Origin: a virus
Length of the DNA stretch: 64,000 bases
IMG/VR virus record: IMGVR_UViG_3300044966_000489
Direction: 5' to 3' (one strand)
The notes under the pieces were generated by a model. It did no database searches. It was not told the DNA's origin and saw only the letters and a program-made list of their open reading frames with translations. Positions 46,044 through 57,900 of the stretch are shown here, one piece after another. Each line of letters opens with the position of its first letter. Within the stretch, counting starts at the first letter, position 1. A program made the translations under genes and the position numbers.

Positions 46044-49000
46044 ATGAACAATCTTGAAGATTTTAAATACATAAAAGGTTTTGGTGGAGGTGGAGGTGGA
46101 GCAAGTGCAGCCCCAACGCCAACTGCTGCATATGAAGATGCTGAAGGATTTGTATATGATGGACTTACTTATAACGTATACCAATTTGCTAAAGTAAAAG
46201 ATCTTTTGTCAGAGGGACCAATTGAAGGTCTTCTTGAGGGACAATATAGCTTTTCAGGTCAAGTTGGAGACCTAGGATTTAAAAAAGTTACTTATAATGA
46301 ATACCCATCAGTTGTGGGTAGCGATGGAGAATCAAAATATTTAAGATCAGTTCAATGGAATCAAACCCCTCTTTTAGACAGCCAAGATAAATACAACTTC
46401 CAGCAAATAAACATTCAAGCAACTAATGGAACCCCAGAAGGGACTTCATCTGGAGGAGAGTTTGACAATGTTTCTTATATCCGCTCAATAGGAGAGAGAC
46501 TTAGAGGTCCAAATCTACTAGCTTCAACTGAAGATGAAACTCTTGATTATCAAAGAACTTATCGCATTTTAAACAGGGAATGCAAAAAGATTTCTCTTAA
46601 TTTTAGAATTTCTTCTCTTTATGTCAGTTTAAAATATCAGGATTTAAAACCAATATCAGAAGGCACTTTAAAAATAGAAGGAGTAACAAGTGCCAATCAA
46701 AGCAGCAGCACATTTACATTAGATCCAGCAAGTAGAGATGTTGAATTAACTAATGGACAAACATTAGATGCTGGGGTGGGTTCTGTAATCCGTCATAACT
46801 TTAAAATAAGAATTAGAATTTCGCCAATTTACAAAGAAGGCTATAATAGCAACTCCGCAGTACTTGATCTAATTTCAGACAAAGCCAAAGTAATTGATGA
46901 TTCTAAAGACTTAGCTGTCACAGTGGACACTTTCCCTCAAATATTCGAACTAGAGTCGAAAGGAAAAATTACTCAAGGATATTCTAAACAAATTATTTTT
47001 GACACCTCTTCCAAGTTTCTATCATTGAACGAAAATGAAAATTGGTTAGGTTGGGATATATCAGTATTAAAGATTACTCCAGAAGACACTTATTCTTCAA
47101 GAGCTTCTTTTATAAATCTAGAAAGCATTACTGAAATATATTCTTCTTCGTTTAGATATACGAATTCTGCTATTGTAACTTCTAAGTTTAATGCTGCCTA
47201 TTTCTCAAAGATTCCAGAAAGATCTTATGATGTTAAACTATTAAAGGTTAAGGTTCCTGCTAATTATGATCCAATAACAAAAACCTATGGAAATACGACT
47301 CCGCTTTCAATTACAGCCACTAATTCATTCGCTAAGACTGATAAAGTAATTACAACAGATTTCTTTGTTGGAGAAAATAACGTATATACAAATTCAGACA
47401 ATGTTAACCCTCCAATTACAGATGGACTAATTGCTCAGTTTGACGCAAGTAATGCTTCTTTAACCACTTCAACAGGATCAGTAACTAATTGGCCCAATAC
47501 TGTAGCTGGATCAACTATAAAATGCGTTTTAGGAAATGGAACTTACGCATCTCCAAATGGAAGTGCTAACAAGCCAACATACGGATCAACATATTCAGAG
47601 CAAAGCCCGAATGGAACTTATGGTGTTTCATTTACGACCACTCAGAAAGCAAGATTCGTTTACCAAACCGAAACAAGTCCATTAGCTGACGCTAGTAATA
47701 ACTATACTGTATTTGCTGTCTGTAAATGGCACGACAGCGCAACCAACACAGAAAGGAATAGGATAATTTCTTCTTATAGTTTGGAAAATACTTTTGTTTT
47801 GGGGTTTGATGGTAAATTTAATAATGCTTTTACAGTAGGTAGTCAAATCTATGGAGTAATGCCTGTTAATTTTTATCAATTCAACCGTTCTAATTATTGG
47901 AATGATGCCAATGATACAAATACCTATATCGTAGGAACAAGCGTAAGCAATTTAAAAGATGTAAATATTTTCTGGCAAAATACTAACTACTTTGTAAGAC
48001 CTATAAATGCAGTAGCTGCTCCAAAAGGTTTAGCTATTAATTCTTCAGCGAGTACAAGTAGATGCACTGTTTTTGAAATATTGGTTTACAATAAAGCTTT
48101 ATCAAAATCAGATGGAATCAAGATAAGAAATTGGTTAAATAAAAAATGGAATCTAATTTCTAGCAATCTATCTTACTCTACATCTGTAGCTGGATCATAT
48201 AATACAAACGTTCTTAATGTAGCATCAAACACTTATTTGAAGATGCCTCTTAAAACTCTATGCGCCAATGGACAAAGAACAAAGGCTTATAGTTATGCTG
48301 GAGGCAGTTTGGCTACTTCGGATTATTATGAATTTGATTTAATACCTCAGAGATATTGGAAAAATTGGAAAACCCCACAAAACTTTTCTTTAAAAGATCA
48401 AGGATTTTGCAGTTTTTATTGCGATTTCTTTATTAAACTAGGAAGCATTGGAGACGGAAATTATACTCTAATTCATAGAAGTAATCAGTTTAATCTTTCT
48501 ATGACTATATCTGGAGAAAACGTAAGTCTAATACTTACAGTTATTTCTCCAAATGAAAGCAAAAATTACACCATAACAAAAGCCCTAGATCCAGCGAAAT
48601 ATTCGACAACCAAACTTAAAGAAAATTTCACAAGAATTAGTTTTTATATACTTCCAAAAGTAGTAAAACCAAGCATATCGTACACCACAAACGCAAGCAA
48701 AGTAAATAACATAAATATATCAGATAGGACTTGGACTAATGACTATATAACAGTCAGAAGAGCAACGGCTGACGGAAACGAAAGAGCATTAGCGCAAGAA
48801 CTAAAAGATTTTTATTTAGTAAAAGCAGTAAGCTTTAAAGAAGATACTTCGTACAGTAGCAATATTAATAACTTACCAGAAACTTGTTATAAATATATAT
48901 ACTGCAATTTTAATGCAGCCTCACAACAGACAGGAGGAAGGTCTTCAACTTTTGTTCCTGTTATTGAAAGAAGACTTACTAAAGAATACTTCCCAGACAT

Positions 49001-52000
49001 ATTGAATGCAGAAATAGACGTTCTAGTTAACCTAGAAAAGCAGATTCAATGCAATATAAATATTTCAAATTACGCTGCTTATCAAACTCTTTGTGTTGGA
49101 GCTTTATATAGACCCGCTACAGATCCTGTTTGGCAAAATGAAATAAATCAAAGGGCACAGATAGCTCCACTTGCTCAAGAAGCCTTAAATACCTACAATA
49201 AACAGGAATACCATAAAACATTTGACGGTTCTTCTACTTCAGTAAGTTTAAGCTCTTCTCAGAGTGAAATTAAAGTACTTATTCCTCTTGCTGCTGGACA
49301 AATTTACGACGCAGTAAATACAAAAACTGGACCTTTTATTCCTTCTTATTTCATAACTAATAATAATCAAATAGAAATCTTTACATCACCCGCTGGTTTC
49401 GGCGGCAAAATAGAAGGCTATGCTGATTCTATTAGAGTAAATCAAATTGATTTTGATAGACTTTCTTTGTCTAAAGCATTTGCAAGAAATCTTTTCTCAG
49501 AAGGTCTTTCTAGAAAAACCACTGTTTATGATGCAGCAGGAGTTTTACCTTATTCTACATCAAATGATTATTGGGATGGAGAATTTAAAACTGAAAAAGA
49601 ATGGACGGACAATCCAGCTTGGTGCTTCTACGATCTTTTAACAAACAAAAGATATGGAGTAGGTAACTATGTCACAGAAAATGACGTAGACAAATGGTCT
49701 CTTTATCAAATAGCTAAATATTGCGATGAACTTGTTTCAGATGGATTTGGAGGAGTAGAACCAAGATTTACATGTAATGTTTATTTACAAACACAAGACG
49801 ATGCTCTTAAAGTGTTGTCTGATATGGCTTCTGTATTTAGGGGAATGTTCTATTATTCAAATGGATTCATTTACGCCATAAATGATATGCCAGAAGATAC
49901 CCCTATTTATTCTTTCACTAATTCAAATGTATCTGATGGTAATTTTACTTACGAATCTACATCATTAAAAGATAGAAATTCTGTAGTCTATATTAGATAT
50001 ATTGATAAGAATAATTTTTATAAACCAGCAGTAGAATATGTAGAAAATATTGAGGCTGTCAGGAAATTTGGTTTTAAAGAAACTGAATTAACCGCCTTTG
50101 GATGCACAAGCAGAGGTCAAGCTCAAAGACTTGGCAGGTGGTTATTAGCTTCAGAATACAATGAAACAGAAACAGTTTCTTTTGAAGCTGGTCCAGAGTG
50201 CGTATACTTAAAACCCGGAGACGTAATTAAAGTTTACGATTACAATAGAAAATATAAAACAGTAGGCGGAAGATTAAATAATATTAACATTTCTGGAGAC
50301 ACAAATGTAACTACTGGAATACTAACTCTAGATAGAAAACTTGATTTTAACTTTTCTGGAAATCAAAATTATAAGCTAACCATACTTTCTCCCAAGTATA
50401 ATCTAGATCCTAGCTTTAAAGACGCAGCAGGAGACAGTATCGTTACTAGTAACCTTGATTATAATGATTATAGAAAGCCTCTTACTAATTCATTCATAGT
50501 AGGAAGCGGCAACTTAATTACTGGTCAATATTATGATTCAATTAGAATTACGGGTCTAGCACCAGTAATGGCTTCTGGATTAAACGTAACTGGACTATCT
50601 TATTTTACTGGAGCGTCTGGAATGTCTCCTAAATCAATAACTTGGGCTTTAGAAAACTCTGGAAACCTTAATGGATCTACTGATAGCGATTATGATTTTT
50701 ATAGAGTATTTAGAATACAAGAGTCTACAGAGGGAAGTAATTATACAGTAATTGGCTCGCAGATGTATCACTTAAAGTATGCTCAAATAGAATCTGGATT
50801 AAATATCACACCAGCAAAACCACCAGCACCAGAAGCTTCTGCGCCTTCAAGAGCATTATTTACTCTTGGCGTTGCAGAGGCTAATGGAGTAATAGATCAA
50901 AGCAAAGTATTGATTGAAATCTTTTATGACTCTTCTATAAAAGACACTACGATAGGCTTCAAGATATTTAACAAAGCCTTTTATGGATCAGACTTTAACC
51001 CAAATAGCTCTAGTGATTTTAAATTTGTTCCAATCGATATTTATGAATCTTATGTAAACACTGTTCTAGACAAGAGCAACATCAAAGGTTCTATAAGAAT
51101 TTATGGAGCAAATATTAATAATAGCTCTCCATTAACTTATGTTGAAGCTTCAAATTCTCAAAACTCAAATGAATTATTTGTCTCTCCAGTTGTTGCGATT
51201 ACTTATGACGATGTAAATACAAGTTCATCTATCACTTTGAATAATAAAGTTTATGCTTTTACCTCTCCAATTGATTTAACGAAAGCACAATACTTTCAGT
51301 CAACAGCACCTTCTCAAATTCAATCTGTTAAACCTCCAGAGTCTTTATCGTTCAACATCCCCTTGCAATTCATAAAGAATCCAAATAAATTCAACAATCT
51401 TGATTACCCTTATAGAATAGCAATAATACCAGAGAAAGTAGACACAAAAGACGCTTTCGGCACTGTTTACAACAAGTACCTTAATGTTTCAAACTGGGAA
51501 GACTATTTAACGTTTGATGAAGATCAAACTAGTGACAATATATACAACTACAAAACTTCAAATGTTTTTGCTAAGTATAGGAACTTCTCTTTGGCAATTG
51601 ATAAAATGACATTTACAGATGTTGGAATGAAATCTACTTCTAATGATTTTAAGAATGTAGATGGATTTTTACTAGTAACTTACGACAATCAAGATGCTGA
51701 TTTAAAAAAATCTTTAAATGCAATTTTAAAAGACACAAGAGCGACCTACTCTATTGTTACAAGCCAAGGATCAAATAGATTAAAATTTACTATTCAGCAA
51801 GATACAGCGAGTTCTTTTATTAACGCTTTTTATCTATTACTAATGCCTAGTGAAAATATATTTGAATTTGGAAAAAATTCAATAAATCACAATCCTGATG
51901 GAAGCCCATTGTCTGTTAACGATAATACTGGAAAAGAAATCATTGACTCTCACTTTATAACAATATCAAATAACCAATCTATATTTAATTTCAATGACTT

Positions 52001-53414
52001 AAGCGATGACAACGGTAAGGGATTTGATTCTACTCAATATAATGCTTATTTGATAGCTGTAGATTCATTCATGTTCGCTTGGCAGTTTAACTCAAATGCA
52101 GCAACAGCAAGAAATATCTTAGACTATTATTCTTCTTTCATTGATAAAGATAATAACATAGGTAAAATTTACCCTCAAATTAGTGACCCAATTGTTATAA
52201 AACAAGAATCATCTACTCCATTATCTTTCTCTCTAGAGTCTGTATTAAAAGATGCTGATACTAGATATCTCCATTTTACAATTAATAAAACTGTACTAAC
52301 TGAAAATATATTTGATACTAGCGTAAATACGCTCCCTTCACCAGCTTATGCAATTTCTAGAAAGAGCGTAATTTATAAGCCTACTACAAACGCAAACCTA
52401 GCAGCAGGAGCTAAAGATGATAGAGTATTATCTTCAGATCCAGACGGCACTATGGCTTATTACAAACTCTCTTTACAAAATAGAGATAATATACCAAATG
52501 CATCATTATCACCGAAAATACCCACTGGCAAGAGAGCTTATGTTTTAAATGGCAATAAAATTTTTACAAGAGCTTTAGTTCCTGACGCAAATACTGTTTC
52601 TTTAAGAGCAGTAGAATCAGAAACAGCTAATGCTTTTAAGTCTAAAGCTAAAATAACAAATAGCTCTTTTGGCGAAGGAAACGAAGAGTTTTTCGACATC
52701 TCTATAACAAGATTAACTAATAGCACGTTTACTGGAAATATAAAGAGTTTAATTCCTGATTATACAAATACTTATTTAATTCCTATAAACGCCTCAAATT
52801 CAAACACTGAAGAAAATGCAAAAAGCAATTTTAATAGTTTATTAAATGATGGATTGCTCAATTCATCTTTCAATGCTATAAACGTTACTCCTGAAAACAA
52901 CTTTTCTGAACTTGGAGTCAATACTAAAAATGTTCAAATGTTGATAAATGCAGAACCAAACAATTTCACTGTTTATACTATAAATCAGCAAACAGCTAAT
53001 TCGTTTAATTTTGGTATAGCAAATTCTTCTTTCTATGCTGGAGTTCCAGTATTAGAAAATGAATCTTTGTCTATTTTCTTTACAATTGGAAGCGTCAACA
53101 AAACAAAAGCTATAAAGGTATATTGCTTTATTGGAGAAGATTTTGTAGCTAGTGAAGTAGATAAAACCCAAATAATACCGGGAGACGATAACATAATTAA
53201 GGTTACATTAAAAAATGTTCCTTATGCAAATTATTACGCCAACGCTTCTTCTTATTCTGCTGATGCATCAATAACTAATCCAACTTTCTGGAAATTCAAG
53301 AGTGCTAAAAACTTAGCTTTTGCACATTTGTCCGCAAGATCTAACAATAGATCATTTCCATTATATAATTTCCATATCCAAGCACTAGAACTATCAGTAG
53401 TAATAACTTACTAA
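46044..53414 (+). CDS. Tail tip/host specificity protein, lambda gpJ-like
   Basis: DLLSEGPIEGL, KVKVPANYDP, WTDNPAWCFYDLLTNKRYG, YCDELV.DG.GG.EPRF, AFGCTSRGQAQR.GRW, PGDVI. Confidence 0.92.
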   Translation: MNNLEDFKYIKGFGGGGGGASAAPTPTAAYEDAEGFVYDGLTYNVYQFAKVKDLLSEGPIEGLLEGQYSFSGQVGDLGFKKVTYNEYPSVVGSDGESKYLRSVQWNQTPLLDSQDKYNFQQINIQATNGTPEGTSSGGEFDNVSYIRSIGERLRGPNLLASTEDETLDYQRTYRILNRECKKISLNFRISSLYVSLKYQDLKPISEGTLKIEGVTSANQSSSTFTLDPASRDVELTNGQTLDAGVGSVIRHNFKIRIRISPIYKEGYNSNSAVLDLISDKAKVIDDSKDLAVTVDTFPQIFELESKGKITQGYSKQIIFDTSSKFLSLNENENWLGWDISVLKITPEDTYSSRASFINLESITEIYSSSFRYTNSAIVTSKFNAAYFSKIPERSYDVKLLKVKVPANYDPITKTYGNTTPLSITATNSFAKTDKVITTDFFVGENNVYTNSDNVNPPITDGLIAQFDASNASLTTSTGSVTNWPNTVAGSTIKCVLGNGTYASPNGSANKPTYGSTYSEQSPNGTYGVSFTTTQKARFVYQTETSPLADASNNYTVFAVCKWHDSATNTERNRIISSYSLENTFVLGFDGKFNNAFTVGSQIYGVMPVNFYQFNRSNYWNDANDTNTYIVGTSVSNLKDVNIFWQNTNYFVRPINAVAAPKGLAINSSASTSRCTVFEILVYNKALSKSDGIKIRNWLNKKWNLISSNLSYSTSVAGSYNTNVLNVASNTYLKMPLKTLCANGQRTKAYSYAGGSLATSDYYEFDLIPQRYWKNWKTPQNFSLKDQGFCSFYCDFFIKLGSIGDGNYTLIHRSNQFNLSMTISGENVSLILTVISPNESKNYTITKALDPAKYSTTKLKENFTRISFYILPKVVKPSISYTTNASKVNNINISDRTWTNDYITVRRATADGNERALAQELKDFYLVKAVSFKEDTSYSSNINNLPETCYKYIYCNFNAASQQTGGRSSTFVPVIERRLTKEYFPDILNAEIDVLVNLEKQIQCNINISNYAAYQTLCVGALYRPATDPVWQNEINQRAQIAPLAQEALNTYNKQEYHKTFDGSSTSVSLSSSQSEIKVLIPLAAGQIYDAVNTKTGPFIPSYFITNNNQIEIFTSPAGFGGKIEGYADSIRVNQIDFDRLSLSKAFARNLFSEGLSRKTTVYDAAGVLPYSTSNDYWDGEFKTEKEWTDNPAWCFYDLLTNKRYGVGNYVTENDVDKWSLYQIAKYCDELVSDGFGGVEPRFTCNVYLQTQDDALKVLSDMASVFRGMFYYSNGFIYAINDMPEDTPIYSFTNSNVSDGNFTYESTSLKDRNSVVYIRYIDKNNFYKPAVEYVENIEAVRKFGFKETELTAFGCTSRGQAQRLGRWLLASEYNETETVSFEAGPECVYLKPGDVIKVYDYNRKYKTVGGRLNNINISGDTNVTTGILTLDRKLDFNFSGNQNYKLTILSPKYNLDPSFKDAAGDSIVTSNLDYNDYRKPLTNSFIVGSGNLITGQYYDSIRITGLAPVMASGLNVTGLSYFTGASGMSPKSITWALENSGNLNGSTDSDYDFYRVFRIQESTEGSNYTVIGSQMYHLKYAQIESGLNITPAKPPAPEASAPSRALFTLGVAEANGVIDQSKVLIEIFYDSSIKDTTIGFKIFNKAFYGSDFNPNSSSDFKFVPIDIYESYVNTVLDKSNIKGSIRIYGANINNSSPLTYVEASNSQNSNELFVSPVVAITYDDVNTSSSITLNNKVYAFTSPIDLTKAQYFQSTAPSQIQSVKPPESLSFNIPLQFIKNPNKFNNLDYPYRIAIIPEKVDTKDAFGTVYNKYLNVSNWEDYLTFDEDQTSDNIYNYKTSNVFAKYRNFSLAIDKMTFTDVGMKSTSNDFKNVDGFLLVTYDNQDADLKKSLNAILKDTRATYSIVTSQGSNRLKFTIQQDTASSFINAFYLLLMPSENIFEFGKNSINHNPDGSPLSVNDNTGKEIIDSHFITISNNQSIFNFNDLSDDNGKGFDSTQYNAYLIAVDSFMFAWQFNSNAATARNILDYYSSFIDKDNNIGKIYPQISDPIVIKQESSTPLSFSLESVLKDADTRYLHFTINKTVLTENIFDTSVNTLPSPAYAISRKSVIYKPTTNANLAAGAKDDRVLSSDPDGTMAYYKLSLQNRDNIPNASLSPKIPTGKRAYVLNGNKIFTRALVPDANTVSLRAVESETANAFKSKAKITNSSFGEGNEEFFDISITRLTNSTFTGNIKSLIPDYTNTYLIPINASNSNTEENAKSNFNSLLNDGLLNSSFNAINVTPENNFSELGVNTKNVQMLINAEPNNFTVYTINQQTANSFNFGIANSSFYAGVPVLENESLSIFFTIGSVNKTKAIKVYCFIGEDFVASEVDKTQIIPGDDNIIKVTLKNVPYANYYANASSYSADASITNPTFWKFKSAKNLAFAHLSARSNNRSFPLYNFHIQALELSVVITY

Positions 53415-53415
53415 A

Positions 53416-54114
53416 ATGAAACACTACATCGTATATTTTATAAATGGCAGTCACAAATACCTCCAATCTTCTCTCGACTTGATGGAAAATTTAGATCGCC
53501 TAAAGCTTGTAGGAATAGAGTATGAAGTTGTAGACTACATTGTACCTTTAGAAAAACACATTGACCAAAGCATATTAGAACATAGAAAATTTCTTCCTGA
53601 TGGAAACTCTATATGGAAAAAAGAAAATCTCATTGATAAAAAAGTTAAAGAAATGACTGCAAAAAGAAACACTTTATTGCAGAAGCTTGATATTGACTTC
53701 ATTATCTCTCTAGAGACTCCCAACAATAAACAAACAGAAGTCATTAAAAATAACAAAAAGTTTCTAAGAGAACTCTCTTGTAGAACTGAAATGCAACACA
53801 TTCATGATTGCGAAAAGATAAACAAGTTTAACGCCTTTCATAATATTGTTGATATACAAATTATTGACCCCGGATATGGATGCTCAGAACCTGTTCCTTG
53901 CGTCACCATCTCTCCTCCTGAAGAAACCGAATACAACTACGGCTTAACCGCTTCTGCTCATGCTGTTAGAGGCTCAAAAGGAGAGCTACTTTCTTTAACA
54001 ATGGAGAAATTAGGTTGTGGTTATATTTCAGATCCAGAGATTAAAATAAGTGGATATGAATCAGAAAGCGCAAAACATCCTATTGTAAAAGCAGTGATTG
54101 GCAATATAATGTAA
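53416..54114 (+). CDS. Tail fibre assembly-like/structural hypothetical protein
   Basis: R..LL.KLD...K..LREL segment and G.GY...P.V.I repeats found in phage tail proteins. Confidence 0.5.
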   Translation: MKHYIVYFINGSHKYLQSSLDLMENLDRLKLVGIEYEVVDYIVPLEKHIDQSILEHRKFLPDGNSIWKKENLIDKKVKEMTAKRNTLLQKLDIDFIISLETPNNKQTEVIKNNKKFLRELSCRTEMQHIHDCEKINKFNAFHNIVDIQIIDPGYGCSEPVPCVTISPPEETEYNYGLTASAHAVRGSKGELLSLTMEKLGCGYISDPEIKISGYESESAKHPIVKAVIGNIM

Positions 54115-54117
54115 CAT

Positions 54118-54945
54118 ATGACGGATGTATTATTTTCTTTTGGCGACGAATACATATATTCTAACAACCTAGCAAACTGGTCTACAATAGAACCCAGTAA
54201 AGAAATAGAAATTATTGGCAACCCAGAGAAGTTCTCTGTTGTGCGAACTGCCGTCATTAACTACAGCAAGCCTTTTACTGTAGAATCAAGTTTATTAATT
54301 AAATTTAGCGGCACAATTAAAGATTTAATCTTAGATGGAGACACTATTGATTGCTATTTTGCTCTTTACTATGCTGCATTAATTAATGACATTACTGAAT
54401 CTGGATCTGGATACAAAGTAAATGAATATGTAACTATTGGTAAAAATTCTTACTTTGAATCGTCCATAGATAAAAACCAAAAAGCTGTCCTTCAAATTAA
54501 AGCTGTCAATAGTGATGGCGGTATTACTGAACTCCATTTAATTAACAATGGAAAATTTACTCAAAATTTTACTGAAGCAGAATTAGAAGGCGGATCTGGT
54601 AAAGGCGCAAAAGTAAGCTTGATTTTGGGTAAAGACAACAAGAAGGCTCTTAAGTTTTTTTCTGTATTGGACGTAAAGCGAGAAAACGCTTCTACTCTTG
54701 TAATGTTAAATGAAAAGATTAAAGACGACTTCCTTACAGGAGAAGTCTATATAAAACGATACCGCATTACATTAAATAAGGCTACGGGCAAGGAATACCT
54801 GAATCAAGCCTTCATTGTAAAGGTAGACAAGACTCCTTTTCTTAATCTACCATTAGCCAAAGACAACAATATAGAGCAAATCTATAATCAGGCTATACTA
54901 ACTATAGATTCTAAGATTAAAGAATTATCTGCTGGCGTAAAGTAA
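54118..54945 (+). CDS. Hypothetical virion-associated protein
   Basis: I.ESGSGYKV, GGSGKGA motifs seen in tail proteins. Confidence 0.5.
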   Translation: MTDVLFSFGDEYIYSNNLANWSTIEPSKEIEIIGNPEKFSVVRTAVINYSKPFTVESSLLIKFSGTIKDLILDGDTIDCYFALYYAALINDITESGSGYKVNEYVTIGKNSYFESSIDKNQKAVLQIKAVNSDGGITELHLINNGKFTQNFTEAELEGGSGKGAKVSLILGKDNKKALKFFSVLDVKRENASTLVMLNEKIKDDFLTGEVYIKRYRITLNKATGKEYLNQAFIVKVDKTPFLNLPLAKDNNIEQIYNQAILTIDSKIKELSAGVK

Positions 54946-57900
54946 TCCTCCGGGTCTCTTCTGCTCGACCAATACTTCAACGACTTTGCTTCTGAGTAGT
55001 TCAGCGAGTTTAGCATTGTTTTGAATATTGTTCTGATCTTTATTAGTATTGGAGCCACCATTTTGAGTGGTAGCATTAGCTTCAGAAGTGACTTCGCCGC
55101 TTTGAGCAACATTAATTGAAATGTTATTAACTACAGACATTCCAGATTCTTGATTTGCTCCAGCAGCAGAAATTTTACCTGACTCAGCTTGGGTGATGTC
55201 ATTGCCCTTGGAAAGGTTTTCATTCAATGTATTAAGAGCAGCGACTAGTTCGGTCACGCTAGATTCAGGAGTATTTTGACCTGCTGTATAACTTGTACCA
55301 ACCATTCCTCCGCTGGCATACTTAGGCAATGTACCAGTATTCAATTGATTCATGAAGTCTCTGCCGTACATATCTACAGCTTTCTTGTTCATGACATATT
55401 CGCCGCCCATTAACAAGGCAGGAATATTATCTTTACCTGTTGATCCACCGCCAGCAAATCTAGCTATATAGCCGCCATTTGACCTAAGATTTCTTGCATA
55501 TTGAGCGTTTAATTGAGCTTGAGTTAAGTTGCCTCCGGGTTCTAGACCTCTTGCAGCAGATGTTGCTGCATTAGTTCTCATATTAGCTGCTCCAACCGTA
55601 AGACCAGCAGCACCTAATTGAACAGCAGCAGCAGTTAAACCTGAATAGAAAGTGCTATTTACTTGATTTTTGTAATTTTTAATAGCTTGCTGTTTGTCTT
55701 TCTCATACTGCGATCTGTCTTGCAAGTATTGATCAAGTTTTTCATAGCGATCTTGTCTTAATCTATTTTGAGGATTATTCTCGTCAGTTAAAGCTGCGGC
55801 TGATAGTCTAGAATCAACAGCAAACTCCCCAGAAGTTGGACGATCAGGATTATCATATAAGAACTCATTTTGTAATGGACCCATTGAGAACCCACCTACT
55901 GCATATTTGGGAACAAGTCCGCCATTCAAGGCTCTTAAATAATCAGAACCGTATTTTTTAACAGAAGACTTCTTGATAACGTATTCGCCGCCACTCATCA
56001 TAGCGGGTACATCATCTTTCATTCCAGAGCCACCAACAACCATACCTCCAGAATTATAACCTCTGATTAATCCACCATCTTTTCTGCCAGTTGCAGCTTT
56101 ACCAAAAGCAAATAAAGCATCAACTCCCATCTCTAAAGACTTATCAAGCATTCTATTTAAGATGCCTTGGAACATATCTCTAAATGCATCCTTAAGAGTT
56201 TTAGTTCCTTTGATAGCTTCACCAAATGCACTAGCAATACCTGATTTGAAATCAGTTTGGAAAGTGTCGATCAATTGACCAGTATCTCTAGCAAAATCGG
56301 CTCTATTGTAAGTAGTATTTTTTTCTGTTATAGCTCCAATAGCTACTCTTCCTTGACGAGCTTCATTTTCAATTCTAGCATTAGCAAAAGCCGCTCTTTC
56401 ATCCTTAAAGAAAGTTTCTCCAAACGAACCTTTGTAATATAAATTATACAACTCTTCTGCGACCTTACCTTCTTGCTCTAAAGTTTTCTTTCTTAGCTCA
56501 GTCTGAAGTTTAATTAGGTCTTCTCTTTTCTTTGTATCATTTAGGTCTTCTTTTAAAAGGTTATTTACTTTTTCGTTAAGATCGACAAGCTGTTTATCAT
56601 TTTCTAATCTAGCCAAAAGCAAATTATTGATACTATCTAGATTTGCTCTTCCTTGAGCTAATTGAGTTGGTAAATTTCTTTTAGCACCGCCTTGATCTGC
56701 TAAACCATATTTATCAATGATATCTTGTAAAGAAGGCGCAGTTGATTTATTGCCTACTGACATTAAAGGAGAAGCCGAGTCTAATCTTCTTAACTCTTCT
56801 TGTGCAGATTTAATAGACTTTACAGTCTCCTCTGCCATAGAGACTTTAAAATCTCTATTTATATCTTGAGTTAATCCTTTATAGGTTCCTGAGAGGTTAA
56901 TCTCTGGACGACCAATTGATTTTTCGCGTGAAGCGATTAATTGCTCTAATCTTTTTTGATTTCTTAATTGATCTTCATAGGAAGAGCCTAGATCTTCCTG
57001 CAACACAACTGCATTATTTATAGTTTCTCTAGAAGTACCAGTCCCGTAATAGCCTTTTCCATAGCTAACACCTCCAGTAATATTCCCATAATCATCTCTT
57101 GAAACTTTAGATGGATCTCCAATTAAATTTTTATAAGCTTCTGTAAAAGCTCCTTCTGCTCCGGTTACTGTTACTAAATCAAAACTCTTAAAATAATCTT
57201 GTAATTTTTTAATCTCTTTTTCTCTTGCTAGTCTTATTCCTGCTTCGGCGTTGTTAGTCTGCATAGATATGGACCCTTCTGTATCTCTTAAATTTTGTGA
57301 CGCAGCTATTCTATTCAATATTGCTTGTCTATCTGCTGGAGATACGTCAGCAGGAAGCTTATTAAACATTTCGGATTCAAGAGCGTTTCTTTTTGTAGCA
57401 ACTCCTAATTTGTTAATAACTCCCTGTAATGAAGTAGTTAAGCTATCTAATTTGCTGCCTACTTGTTCTGTTATAACTCTATTAAAGTTCTCATTTATAG
57501 TAGTTGGCAATGTTTTTTCTAAAATAGAATTTTGATCTTGTGTTAGGTCATTTAAGAATCTAGCTTCTTGTTGTAATACGTCAAGATAGTTCCCCATATT
57601 CTCTAACTTAAACTGAGAAGTAATTTGATCTAAAGCAGTTTTAACTGCGCCTTCTTTTGCTTGGTCAAAAGCCGTTCCTAAAGCAGTACCGGCTGTTGGT
57701 TTACCCATTTGAATTTCAGTAACTCTGCGAGCTAAATCTACGCTTTCTCTTATTTGCTGCACTCTGCCAGCAATAGCTGTTCCTACCAAAGGATTTAAAT
57801 CAGAAGACACTTGATTATTAAAAGCACTTCCACTGGCACTGGGTCCAATGAATCCGCTTGGTTGACCAATGCTTCTATTTAATTGTAATTGATTAGTTAA

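Noticed and set aside
33865-54945. Diversity-generating retroelement acting on fibre genes
   Set aside because: No reverse transcriptase and no TR/VR pair noticed in this window
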